Source: an uncultured virus (IMG/VR IMGVR_UViG_3300020727_000006)
Lineage: Duplodnaviria > Heunggongvirae > Uroviricota > Caudoviricetes
Direction: 5' to 3' (one strand)
Length of the DNA stretch: 64,000 bases
IMG/VR virus record: IMGVR_UViG_3300020727_000006
The notes below the pieces were generated by a model that was given only the letters and a program-made list of their open reading frames with translations, was not told the DNA's origin and ran no database searches. Shown piece by piece: positions 28,408-38,147 of the stretch (its first letter is position 1; every line of letters begins with the position of its first letter). The position numbers and the translations under genes are program-made.

Positions 28408-28760
28408 TTTTTCTTCCTTGCGCCGCTGTTAAATGCTACGGGGCTTTTTTTATTATTAGAAGATGGTTCTTTACCATTTTCAGTTGTAATCCAAGATGCT
28501 TTCTTGCCCATACCTTTTACAGTGGCACTTAACATATCTTCTTCTGCTTGTGTATAAGCTGTCATAACAGGATGATCACGAAAGTGTTCATGATCATGTG
28601 CTGCATTTTTTTGTGGATAACCAGCAATCTTAATCATAAAACGATAATAATCATAGCCAGGGTCCATATCATGCACGACCATGCTTGGTTGCATAGTGGA
28701 TACATGATCTGGATGGGCTTTTGATTTCTTTGCTTCGCTTACAAACTCGCTGGCTCTCAT
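28404..28760 (-). CDS. putative internal head protein, MRAxEFV paralog 1
   Basis: MRASEFVSEA; YRF...AG.P; YT..EE; N.KSPV. Confidence 0.7.
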   Translation of the reverse strand: MRASEFVSEAKKSKAHPDHVSTMQPSMVVHDMDPGYDYYRFMIKIAGYPQKNAAHDHEHFRDHPVMTAYTQAEEDMLSATVKGMGKKASWITTENGKEPSSNNKKSPVAFNSGARKKK

Positions 28761-28764
28761 ATTG

Positions 28765-29367
28765 TTAGCCTCGTGTTTTTACAGGTAAGCTCCAATACTG
28801 CGCGGTTTCGTTTTTTACACTACAGTCTACGGTTTCTAAAAACATTCTACTACGACTAGCGTCAGTTTTAGTAAATCGGCATTCAAATGTAACACGAGCC
28901 TCAGTATTAGATGGATTTCTTGCGATAACATTAACATCGCTTTCTGGCAGTTGGTCAGTTTCAACAAGACTTGCGCTAGCATGACGAAGTTTATAACCTT
29001 GCTCAGTCATACTTCTGTTAAGATCATTGCTCTTTGCAATATTTCTTACAAAATCTTGTGTAATACCCGCAGCTTCCATTGGCGGCTGATGCATAAATTT
29101 CTTGTTTACTTGTTGCCCTTTTTTTTCAAAAGTAAGAACAAATTCAGCCATTTTCTGTCTTGTGCCTTCACTTAATAAACTATGACGATCAAGAGAGTTC
29201 CATGCAGCATTATCAAGTAAAATAGTAATACTTGTGTCGGTGTGTTCTACGACAGTAGCAGAAACCATCTTTACACTGTCTAATTCAATATTAACAATAT
29301 CACCAGTGACTGGTGCTTTCATGGCTCTATCTACTTGATTTACATAATCTATGAAACGCATTGTCAA
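28765..29367 (-). CDS. hypothetical late protein
   Basis: In late operon; MRFIDYV start. Confidence 0.65.
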   Translation of the reverse strand: MTMRFIDYVNQVDRAMKAPVTGDIVNIELDSVKMVSATVVEHTDTSITILLDNAAWNSLDRHSLLSEGTRQKMAEFVLTFEKKGQQVNKKFMHQPPMEAAGITQDFVRNIAKSNDLNRSMTEQGYKLRHASASLVETDQLPESDVNVIARNPSNTEARVTFECRFTKTDASRSRMFLETVDCSVKNETAQYWSLPVKTRG

Positions 29368-29370
29368 TCC

Positions 29371-29943
29371 TTAATCAAAACTTACTGCTACATGAGTAGG
29401 ATTGTCGCCACCAGCAATCTTTGGATAAGTTCCTTTAGTTTTAGCTAAATCATTTCCTGCTGGAATTGCTGCTTTTAATCCTTTTGTGTATTCATTTGGG
29501 CTATTTGTATATGGACGATTTGCATCGTCTTCAATCGCTGCTTTTGGACCACCCATTGACATATCTGCTGGACTACTGTTTAGACCACGAGGAATCTCAG
29601 TATCCATGCTCATATCAACATCCATTTCTGGACCGCCATCAATGCTTGGTAAGTTAGCACCAACACTTGGTAAACCCATAGAAGGAGAACTTGGAACCAT
29701 TGCATGGTCATGAGGAATGTCTTCTGGTCCACCTGCCATATTGATATCTGTCTGTGCACCAATAATACCAGCAAGCTTAATAATCTGTGCAAGAACCGCA
29801 TCGTCGCCAGTCATGCTGACATTTACCGCTTCAGAAACGGAAGATGGGTTTAGCTTAGTTAGGTTATCAATTGCACGACCAGCATCTTCGGGGCTGCGAT
29901 CTTGAATCTCTCTTAATTTTGTTAATACATCAATCATCTGCAT
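29371..29943 (-). CDS. hypothetical late protein with LAG motif
   Basis: IIKLAGII; low-complexity M/P/G/D region. Confidence 0.65.
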   Translation of the reverse strand: MQMIDVLTKLREIQDRSPEDAGRAIDNLTKLNPSSVSEAVNVSMTGDDAVLAQIIKLAGIIGAQTDINMAGGPEDIPHDHAMVPSSPSMGLPSVGANLPSIDGGPEMDVDMSMDTEIPRGLNSSPADMSMGGPKAAIEDDANRPYTNSPNEYTKGLKAAIPAGNDLAKTKGTYPKIAGGDNPTHVAVSFD

Positions 29944-29948
29944 CTTAA

Positions 29949-30512
29949 TTATCTCCCCGTTCTTCCACGGTCTGGTAGTTTGTTGCGCGTTGTTCCAACT
30001 GGACTTGTATTGTATTGCGGAATATCGTTTGTAGTCTGACCTGCTTTTGGTTTTACAGCATATGGATAATCAATTGATTTAATCTTTAGTGCGTTTGCTA
30101 AATCAGCAAGCAATTGCGGTGCCTTTTGTGTTTGATATTCACTGGTAAGAATAGGTTCATCGCTTTCTGGTACGATTGGCGAGGCAAGAACTTCTTGTTG
30201 AGGAGTAAGAACCATTATATGACTCATTGGAATTTCAGTTGCTTCATGAATTGCTGCTTGCATTTCTTGTGGAGTGCAAGGATATGTAACAACCATATCT
30301 ACAATATAGATAGGAACGCTTTTAAGATGCGCAAATCCAGTATGATCTTCTGCAATAGGCAAACGCTTTGGTTCACTAATTGCTTCTAGGTTCCAACGAG
30401 CCAAGCAAGTTTGCAGACTTTCCATCTGTTCTTTACTGATTTCAACGGCAACCTTTGCCCGAAATCCATATTTCTTTTCGCTTTCAGCGAGGTAGGTTTT
30501 AAATTGTTTCAT
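29949..30512 (-). CDS. putative head protein with T4 CTS-like N-terminus
   Basis: MKQFKTYLAE resembles T4 internal-protein MKTYQEFIAE; ATAAATA upstream. Confidence 0.7.
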   Translation of the reverse strand: MKQFKTYLAESEKKYGFRAKVAVEISKEQMESLQTCLARWNLEAISEPKRLPIAEDHTGFAHLKSVPIYIVDMVVTYPCTPQEMQAAIHEATEIPMSHIMVLTPQQEVLASPIVPESDEPILTSEYQTQKAPQLLADLANALKIKSIDYPYAVKPKAGQTTNDIPQYNTSPVGTTRNKLPDRGRTGR

Positions 30513-30545
30513 CGGCTATGCCTTTTATTAAGTATTTATTGCTTT

Positions 30546-31178
30546 CTAAAAGTTTTTATTAAATCGTGCTTTTTGTGCCGCAGATATTCTTGCTCTTGAT
30601 TCATCTGATAAAGGTTTTGCGTTTTGTTTTCTAGTCGTTACTTTTTTTGCAATTGTTTCAGCAGATTGTTTAGTACCATACATATTGTGTTTTTCACCTT
30701 GTTTTGCAGCAGATAATTTTTCTAATGTTTCAGGTGAATGTTTCTTACCAATATTTGCTTTTTTTAATTTTTCACAAAACTCTTGTGATTTTTTTCTATC
30801 TTTGTGCCACGATAGTTTTCCTTTATGTGCCGCACTAATCTTTGCTTTTGTTTCTGCTGAATGTTTTCTTCCTACATTAAACTTTCCACCGCTTGCGCCT
30901 TCTCCGCCATCAGTTTTATTTAATAATATACCAGTTTCAATATCTTTTCTACCGTACCAACGAATTAAGCGGCGTTCTATTGCTAATGCACCTATTTCAG
31001 TTAAATTGTGTTCAAGTATAATAATTTTAGACTGATCTTTTGGAACAGATATGCCATTATGTCTAGCATAAACTCTTTTTCCTGTTCCCTTACCAATATA
31101 ATAAGGTGTTAAGTCACTTGCTCTTATATAAGCATATACATAATATCCGATTGGCGGATTAGTGCTGGTAAATACCAT
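30546..31178 (-). mobile_element. free-standing GIY-YIG homing endonuclease with NUMOD3 repeats (start revised to 31178)
   Basis: YYVYAY..PYYIGKG..R, E..LI, LLN.TDGGEG; repeated GxKHSxETxxKIS. Confidence 0.88.
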
Positions 31179-31236
31179 TGCGCTGTGTTCCTTCATAACA
31201 TAGAGTAGGTGGGGCGGCAACCCGTGACCTACACTA

Positions 31237-31662
31237 TTATTTATCTTTATTTCTAAATGTAGATAACAATTCATTGCGGTCAAAAACCTGTGCCTCTACA
31301 TTAACAGTACCGTCATTTTCTCGACGGTCATACTGCATTTTTTCTATTTTTAACAATAGTTCAGTTTGCTTTAACTTCTTTTGCACTTTTCCAAGCTTGG
31401 CAGTAACGGCAGTAGCAAGCATCTTTGCGCTTGCTTCAAATATTGGTGCTGCAAAACGAGCTTCTACATTCATTCCAAGACTTTGTAAATTTTCAAAACT
31501 TTCTACTGCTTGGTCGGCAAGTTGATCAAGGTCTTTATCAAGCGCATCATCTGGTTGCTGTGGAATAGAAGATTCAAGCTGGTGAGCGTTTTCTAAGGCT
31601 TCTGCTACCTCTTTGCTAGGAGCTGGTGGTAAATCAAATAATTCTTCAAGTTTCTTTGTCAT
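31237..31662 (-). CDS. putative terminase small subunit (gp16-like)
   Basis: Helical 141 aa with [10 protein letters not shown] and DRNELL; next to gp4. Confidence 0.5.
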   Translation of the reverse strand: MTKKLEELFDLPPAPSKEVAEALENAHQLESSIPQQPDDALDKDLDQLADQAVESFENLQSLGMNVEARFAAPIFEASAKMLATAVTAKLGKVQKKLKQTELLLKIEKMQYDRRENDGTVNVEAQVFDRNELLSTFRNKDK

Positions 31663-31670
31663 ATATTAAT

Positions 31671-32117
31671 TTATCGTTTTTTCTTCTTTGTGCCAGCAAA
31701 CATGTCATGTTCGGTAATGACTCTAAATGCTATTCCTTGCCGACTACAAAAATCAACTGCTGCCTTCCACTTTGCTTGGTTTACTACTGCCTGTATTTGT
31801 GATTTTTGACTGCGACCAGCATTTTCTAATGTAGTTTCTTTGTGCGGTTTAATTTCTACTATTTCTGCTTTCTTATTACCTTGGGCATCTTCGTAAATAA
31901 TAAAAAAATCTGGTATGTAACTTTTTGTTTTATTGACTATTGGATTTATATATGGAATAGAAATACTTTCACTTGCCCAATGTTTAATTGCAGGATTTTC
32001 ATCTAAAAAATTCATAAACTTAAGTTCCCAACTGGATCGATAACGAATGCTGCCTTTACCAGCATACTTTTCTGGGTTCTTAGGTTCAAATAAACCTTGA
32101 GAAAATTTCATACTCAT
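31671..32117 (-). CDS. head completion nuclease (gp4-like)
   Basis: PKNPEKY.G, YRSSWE, WASE, YIPDF, EIKP, NQAKW.AA, ITE. Confidence 0.92.
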   Translation of the reverse strand: MSMKFSQGLFEPKNPEKYAGKGSIRYRSSWELKFMNFLDENPAIKHWASESISIPYINPIVNKTKSYIPDFFIIYEDAQGNKKAEIVEIKPHKETTLENAGRSQKSQIQAVVNQAKWKAAVDFCSRQGIAFRVITEHDMFAGTKKKKR

Positions 32118-32473
32118 TGAATAATATTTCTAGCAATATTAGCACTGGTGGTTATGTTATTTTTATAACCAAGCTTGCTAGTAGAACCCTTTACATTGTT
32201 AAAAAAACTAATGAGTAAATTTTTAATATTACTATTGTTGGGCGATGTTTGAAATTGATTCAATACAGTTAATGGGTTTAAATTATTATTATGAGTCAAC
32301 GCAATAACACTTTGGGCAAGCGTATTGGCAGCAGTAGGATCATTTGTAAGAGTTAAAAAGTAATTATATACTTGTTCCCACACTGCATCGCTGATCTGCA
32401 CAGGCTGCGTGAAGTAACCATTGAAAAAAGATTTACTACTAGATGAGTCTGTAACTGTAGGAGCATTTGCCAT
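32114..32473 (-). CDS. hypothetical virion protein
   Basis: TAAATA 5 nt before ATG; structural cluster. Confidence 0.65.
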   Translation of the reverse strand: MANAPTVTDSSSSKSFFNGYFTQPVQISDAVWEQVYNYFLTLTNDPTAANTLAQSVIALTHNNNLNPLTVLNQFQTSPNNSNIKNLLISFFNNVKGSTSKLGYKNNITTSANIARNIIQ

Positions 32474-32485
32474 AAAATTATTTAG

Positions 32486-34033
32486 TTAGAACGGTAACCC
32501 AGAACCAACAACCCTATTATTGTTATTGTTATTTTTACTATAAGCAATATAACTTTTTGCAATAGATGCTAAGTTTGTTCCTGGCGCAACATTCAATTGA
32601 CTTATTTGATTTGATGCTAGATTTATATCGCTATTACTATAGCCTTCTGCAGCCAAAGTACTTTGCCAAGTTTGACTATTATATGCAGGATTTACGGGGC
32701 TAGCTGGATTAGTAAAATCAAGTTGACTTGGAACTCCTACGGGTTGACCAAAATCTGCTGTTCCTAAATTGCTAACACTTGTAGGATCATCAATATATTG
32801 TTGTGCAACCAATGCTTGTGCAGGAACTAAGTCAAGTGTATTTTTAGTATATGAAGTGATAGCAGTAGGAGATATTGAATCAATAAATCCACTAGCAGAT
32901 GTTATCTGAGGAATGGTGTATCCTCTACTAAACAATATGTCTTGATAACTACCCGCTGGATATAAAGTATCATATTGTTGTGGAGTCGGTATTATATCGC
33001 CATTACTAGTAGCGGTTGCTCCGCTGTTAGTAGTATAATCATACAGATTATTAGAATAATTTGGAGAAATAGAGTTTGCAACAGGAAATACAGTGTTTAA
33101 TGCAGAAGTATCTTGTTGATTATTATTGTCTGCAATGCTTTGTAATTCTTGGTCGGTAAGATTGTTTGATGTAGTTGGATCATAATTGTTTGCTTGATCA
33201 ACAACCCCAAAACTTCCATTCTGTGCTTGTCTTGCTTGATATGGATTCGTAAAAGTGTCTGTTTGTGCAACCATTTCGCCTGTTACAGGGTCAACATAAT
33301 ATCCAAGGTTATTGCCACTGATATTACTAGGATTGTTATCATAGTACTGTGGGTCACCAATTCCAGGAACGCCCATGGCATAGCCATCTTCATAGGTTAC
33401 ACCCATATAATGAATTTGCATTGTTGCTTCCATTATGCCAGTACTTTCACTATATTCATGAGTATCATGACTAAAGCTACTGATTATTGGATTCATTAAA
33501 GTAATCTTATTGCTTTGACCGCCAGCTAAACTGTAAATTTCAATTGCACTAAAAAAAGGAACGGTGCTGCCATTATCTAGACCCCATGCAGCATGTCTGC
33601 GATCTTGATTTCTGCCGTATCTGTCATCGTATACATAATCATTTAAACTATATACGCCATCAGCATAGTAATAGTTATAATAATTTTGCCAGAGTTCACG
33701 CAACCCGTTTGTATTATCATCATGAAATTTTATTGTAATTGGTTCGTATTTTATACGACTTTGCACAAATGTTTTGCGGTTGTATTGATTTAAATCTTTT
33801 AATTCAACCGTAAACTTTGGAAGATCAATGCTCTTTACCAAATAACTTAATTCAGAAGGGTCAATTTGAACTGGCGCATCTGGGTCCAATAGAAAATTTA
33901 CTTGAAATAGAAATTTATATTTTGGACTTCTAGCAAAGTTATTTGTACGAAAAACTTGGGCGGCGTGTCCATAATCATGAACTTCGCCGCCGCCCAGTAA
34001 GCTATTTAAAATTGATCCTAATAATGAACTCAC
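32486..34033 (-). CDS. tail tube-related/baseplate protein with gp19-like N-terminal domain
   Basis: VKSIDLPKF, NQYNRK, YEPITIKFHDD; N/S/T-rich C-terminus. Confidence 0.7.
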   Translation of the reverse strand: MSSLLGSILNSLLGGGEVHDYGHAAQVFRTNNFARSPKYKFLFQVNFLLDPDAPVQIDPSELSYLVKSIDLPKFTVELKDLNQYNRKTFVQSRIKYEPITIKFHDDNTNGLRELWQNYYNYYYADGVYSLNDYVYDDRYGRNQDRRHAAWGLDNGSTVPFFSAIEIYSLAGGQSNKITLMNPIISSFSHDTHEYSESTGIMEATMQIHYMGVTYEDGYAMGVPGIGDPQYYDNNPSNISGNNLGYYVDPVTGEMVAQTDTFTNPYQARQAQNGSFGVVDQANNYDPTTSNNLTDQELQSIADNNNQQDTSALNTVFPVANSISPNYSNNLYDYTTNSGATATSNGDIIPTPQQYDTLYPAGSYQDILFSRGYTIPQITSASGFIDSISPTAITSYTKNTLDLVPAQALVAQQYIDDPTSVSNLGTADFGQPVGVPSQLDFTNPASPVNPAYNSQTWQSTLAAEGYSNSDINLASNQISQLNVAPGTNLASIAKSYIAYSKNNNNNNRVVGSGLPF

Positions 34034-34044
34034 GGCTCATACCT

Positions 34045-34668
34045 TTAGCCAGTTACGCTATGTCCAAATGTGCGAGGAACAGTAATTCCGACACCGCTAG
34101 ATGTTGGGATTTCCAATGCATTGTCATAACGCAATGTCAAGCTAATAGTTGCTGGATCGTTGCTTGTATAATCAAAGTTGTTATAATTAACTTCTTGAAT
34201 AAAGCAACCATACAACTGCCATGTTTCAAGGGTAGTTGGATTTGTGTTACCATTTCCACCATCCAGTGCTTCAAACTGTGTAATGAACTTATAGTCAATA
34301 CCGCTAACTGCGCTGCTTTGCTCAGCAAAGTCAAACTGCTTCTGAATTTGTTCACCAACAAGTAGTCTAACATTACCATTTGCATCATCACGCAATTCGA
34401 CTGTAACAGTCTGCCATTCTGGTTTGCCCTGTAGATACATTTTGCTGTTATACAGATCAATAGTGATCGGGTTGAAATTTAGGTTAGGTCTTGTAAAATT
34501 CATAACCTGTTTAGTAAGTTCCGTAGTAGGGTTAGTGATTCCAAAGTTAAGGAATGTAACTCTAAAGCGATACTTCAACAGGGGCATTAACAAGCCCTGA
34601 CTTCCCGTGCTCTGATCACTACTTGAGGCTACGGGTATTGTCATGTTGAGTAATGATGCAACTGCCAT
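34045..34668 (-). CDS. tail tube protein (gp19-like)
   Basis: YRFRV.F, GKPEWQ.V.VELRDD, W.LYGCF, LTLRYDNA; follows sheath. Confidence 0.85.
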   Translation of the reverse strand: MAVASLLNMTIPVASSSDQSTGSQGLLMPLLKYRFRVTFLNFGITNPTTELTKQVMNFTRPNLNFNPITIDLYNSKMYLQGKPEWQTVTVELRDDANGNVRLLVGEQIQKQFDFAEQSSAVSGIDYKFITQFEALDGGNGNTNPTTLETWQLYGCFIQEVNYNNFDYTSNDPATISLTLRYDNALEIPTSSGVGITVPRTFGHSVTG

Positions 34669-34723
34669 CTGATTCTCCTATAAAAGTATTTATACCATTT
34701 GCGAAAAAAAATTTTACCCATAT

Positions 34724-34753
34724 AAAAAAAGCCGCTATTGCTAGCGGCTTTTT
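34724..34753. terminator. intrinsic terminator between sheath and tube
   Basis: A-tract agccgcta-ttgc-tagcggct T-tract. Confidence 0.75.
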
Positions 34754-34772
34754 ACTATTATATGTTGTACTA

Positions 34773-37700
34773 TTAAGCAGTTAACTGAACTGCGGTTGTT
34801 GGATTAGAAATACCGCTTTGGTTAGTATTGCTGCCAGAAATAGCACCAGTGTTCAAGATACGAACTGGAACATAGATAAATTCAACTGCCTTAGTAGGCT
34901 CAATTGCAATATCAATGTGTAGTTCGTTTTGGTCAATTGTAGTTGGTGTGTTGTTTGTAGTATCACATACTACTAGGTAGTCATAAAGACCACGCTGAGC
35001 CATGATATTATTCAACATTCCACTAACAATCTGAGTTGCTTGGTTACGAGTAACTGTATCGTTTGGTTGGAATATAAGTGGCTTTACTATTCTTTCTAGT
35101 CTACCACGAATATAGTTAATCAAACGAGCAACATTGATGCGGTCTAGTGCAGTTGCAGTTCCTTGACGAGTGTGGTTTCCGTAGTTAATGATACCATCGT
35201 TCGGGAATACCGCAACTGGGTTAACATTATTTGAGTACAGAAGGTCACGCAATCCTTGGTTTGTGCCAATGCTATAGAACTTTCCTGTTGTGCGATCAAC
35301 ATAACCAATCTTGGCAACATTATCAATCTTACCACGAAGCGAACCAGCAGGAGCAAACCATGGAGCACTGCTTTGATCGCTCTTAACCATCATGCGTAGA
35401 ATTGCATGAGTGATAGGAACAACTACTTGTCCAATTCCATCAAGGGCGTTAGCAAATGCCGCGCCAGGATAGAATAAAGCAGTATATGAATCAGCAGTAA
35501 CTATACCATCTTCACCATCTGCTGAAGTTCCGCTGGTATTAGTGATATAGTTGTTTACACTTGTTAAATCACTTGGAAGGCCCATTGGTGAATCTGCAAT
35601 GATAAACCCAGTGTTACGACGATCATTATTCAAAGTAACAAGATTGTCAGTAAGTTCAGGATATCCTGGGCATACAAGTATGTTGAAGTTTACCTGATCT
35701 TCACGAAGTATAGTGCTATTATCTACAGCAGATGATAGCGCACTTACTACAATGTTGCGTTGAGCCTTGCGACCGAAGTAAGGAACATTGTTTGAATCTT
35801 TTCCGCTAGCAGATATCCAAGTTGCAGGTTGTGCAGGAAGGGTTGCGATAGGATAGTTTGCGCCAGTAAATGCACTTGAAGAGAATGACTTTATATTATA
35901 GCTACTACGACGAGTATTGAATAGAAGAATACCACGAGGATATAGCTGTGGATTTGGAGCATCTAGGTCAACATAATCACTTGACTGTAGGCTTACAATA
36001 GTTGGCTTTGTACCAAGAGCAGGGTCTACTGTGCCATTGGTGTCCCAACGAGCATCGCCAAAGATAATACCATTTTCAGAAGTATTGTCGGTGTTATCGA
36101 TAGCTACCCATTGAAGAATGTTATTGCTACCAACAGCTTGCCAACGATATAGTGAAGGATAGTGTTCAAGTTCACTTGAGTCTAACCAAATATCGCCTTT
36201 TACAAGCGCAGTGCCATCTGTATGAACAGTTGGAGCACTTGCTGCAATGATTGGTCCTAGTGGGTCGGTTGTATTGAGAGGATAGCCACGGCTATCGCTG
36301 CTTACATTCTTATAACCCTTCCAAATAGTTCCATTGTTAATCATGATATCAACTTCTAGCGGAGTTGAATAGTACCATAGGGTACCATCTGCAGGGTCAA
36401 CTACAGGAGCAGTTGCCTGTTGTACTAGAAGAGTTGCTGGTTGCCAATAAGAAGCAGTCAAAGCGCCTGAACCTGCATCATCAAATACATTTGACAATGA
36501 TGTTGAGATACCAGCCGCAGTTAGAGGTGTTCCCTGTCCAGATACTGGAGCAAAAAGAATGTCACCAGCAGTAAGGTGGCTAAACTGAATGTAACCAGCA
36601 GAATTTAATGAGCAAGTTAGATATGGAATGCTCAGCGATTGAACATTTTGAACAAAGCTTGCAGCACTTGTACCAGTTAGTGTAACAGTGTATGTTGCGC
36701 TTAGTGAAGATGAACCTGGAACTGTAGTTTGGATAGTGAATTGGTTCCCACTGCTAAAGGTTGGGTTTGAAACTGAACCAGTCACAGTCATTGGAAGACC
36801 AGAACCCTGCCATTGCAATAGCTTGCTAGTAGCAGTATTGTTTGCGCTAAGATCATACTTCATGCATAGTGTGTTTGTAGCAATGCCCAATCCACCAGTC
36901 ACAGGATCATTTGCATAAACTGCTGTTCTACGATATTGGAACAACGGTGCTGAAACTAAGTCCCAATGACTGGTTGAACCGTTCCAACGATATACTAGTG
37001 TATTTGCTCCACCATTAACATTAGTAGTCTTAATCCATACACTGTAAGATTGTGCAGGTGTTGTGTCTGTTGACTTCCAAGTTGGAATAGTGTAATGAGG
37101 GCTATACTGAAGAGAAACGCCATAATATGTTCCTGCTGTCAAACCAATATTTGACAGTGGAGTACCTGTATTACCATTTGCAATAGTGATCTTGCCATCA
37201 ACTACTGAACCATTGCTCTTTGAAGCACTTGTTACAAAGATAGCAAAATAGCCAGTTGGAAGAATTGCTGCAGTAACGCCAGGAAGAGCGGCAGTATTAA
37301 TTTGTGTCACTAGGCTGCTAGCCGTGGTGCCAGACAATGTGATAGTTGTTCCGTTAATAACAAGAGTATTGCCGCTTGTTAGTGTAGTAGGAGTAATTGT
37401 TCCAACTAGAGTTGGCGTCTTTGTTTGCCATGCAGTTGAACCAAGTGGGTTCCAAGTATTATCATATGCCTTTACATAAATTGGGTTATTTGCATAATAA
37501 GAAACAACTGCATATTGGCCAACTGAACCAAAGCTGCTTGATGGAGCACCTGCGCTTAAATTAGTTGTATCTGTTAATACATAAGGAGTTATCGCAATAA
37601 ACTGTTGGTTTACTGCATCCCATTCAAAAATACCCCAGCTTGTAGAAGCAGTGTTAAGCCACTGAGTTCCACTAACAGGATTTCCATATGGACGGTTGGT

Positions 37701-38066
37701 GCTACCAGTAAGCTGTGCAAGATCGATATTTGCACGAAGAACCCATGCTTGGTTAGAAATACCAAGAACGCTGTGAGCAGCCATTAGACCATATTCAGCA
37801 GTTTCGCTGCCGTATAGACGATTGCCACTTGCGTCTGTTGGGAAAATTGGTGTACCAAATGTGTTTAGCAAATCTTTTTGGCTAGACATTAACTTTGGAA
37901 TACCAGCAGTTGCCGCAGTCGTATTGGATGCTATTCCGCCAGCAGAACCTTTTTTATTTGCAGCGGTTGCAAGTAAGATAAATGGTATTGTTCCTGGTCC
38001 TGCTGAAGCATAATTGCTTTCATCAAGAACCGTAACTGATATTCCGGGTGATACTAAAGTTGCCAT
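34773..38066 (-). CDS. tail sheath protein (gp18-like) with large insertion
   Basis: LVSPGISV, PWFAPAG..RG, RD.LY...VNP, DRINVARL, VVCD.TNNT, IEPTKAVEFI. Confidence 0.93.
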   Translation of the reverse strand: MATLVSPGISVTVLDESNYASAGPGTIPFILLATAANKKGSAGGIASNTTAATAGIPKLMSSQKDLLNTFGTPIFPTDASGNRLYGSETAEYGLMAAHSVLGISNQAWVLRANIDLAQLTGSTNRPYGNPVSGTQWLNTASTSWGIFEWDAVNQQFIAITPYVLTDTTNLSAGAPSSSFGSVGQYAVVSYYANNPIYVKAYDNTWNPLGSTAWQTKTPTLVGTITPTTLTSGNTLVINGTTITLSGTTASSLVTQINTAALPGVTAAILPTGYFAIFVTSASKSNGSVVDGKITIANGNTGTPLSNIGLTAGTYYGVSLQYSPHYTIPTWKSTDTTPAQSYSVWIKTTNVNGGANTLVYRWNGSTSHWDLVSAPLFQYRRTAVYANDPVTGGLGIATNTLCMKYDLSANNTATSKLLQWQGSGLPMTVTGSVSNPTFSSGNQFTIQTTVPGSSSLSATYTVTLTGTSAASFVQNVQSLSIPYLTCSLNSAGYIQFSHLTAGDILFAPVSGQGTPLTAAGISTSLSNVFDDAGSGALTASYWQPATLLVQQATAPVVDPADGTLWYYSTPLEVDIMINNGTIWKGYKNVSSDSRGYPLNTTDPLGPIIAASAPTVHTDGTALVKGDIWLDSSELEHYPSLYRWQAVGSNNILQWVAIDNTDNTSENGIIFGDARWDTNGTVDPALGTKPTIVSLQSSDYVDLDAPNPQLYPRGILLFNTRRSSYNIKSFSSSAFTGANYPIATLPAQPATWISASGKDSNNVPYFGRKAQRNIVVSALSSAVDNSTILREDQVNFNILVCPGYPELTDNLVTLNNDRRNTGFIIADSPMGLPSDLTSVNNYITNTSGTSADGEDGIVTADSYTALFYPGAAFANALDGIGQVVVPITHAILRMMVKSDQSSAPWFAPAGSLRGKIDNVAKIGYVDRTTGKFYSIGTNQGLRDLLYSNNVNPVAVFPNDGIINYGNHTRQGTATALDRINVARLINYIRGRLERIVKPLIFQPNDTVTRNQATQIVSGMLNNIMAQRGLYDYLVVCDTTNNTPTTIDQNELHIDIAIEPTKAVEFIYVPVRILNTGAISGSNTNQSGISNPTTAVQLTA

Positions 38067-38147
38067 GTGGTATATTCCTTTAAGGTGTTGATAATATTTA
38101 GCGAATCAACTAGAAATATACCACTTATAAACAGTTATATGCGGATA

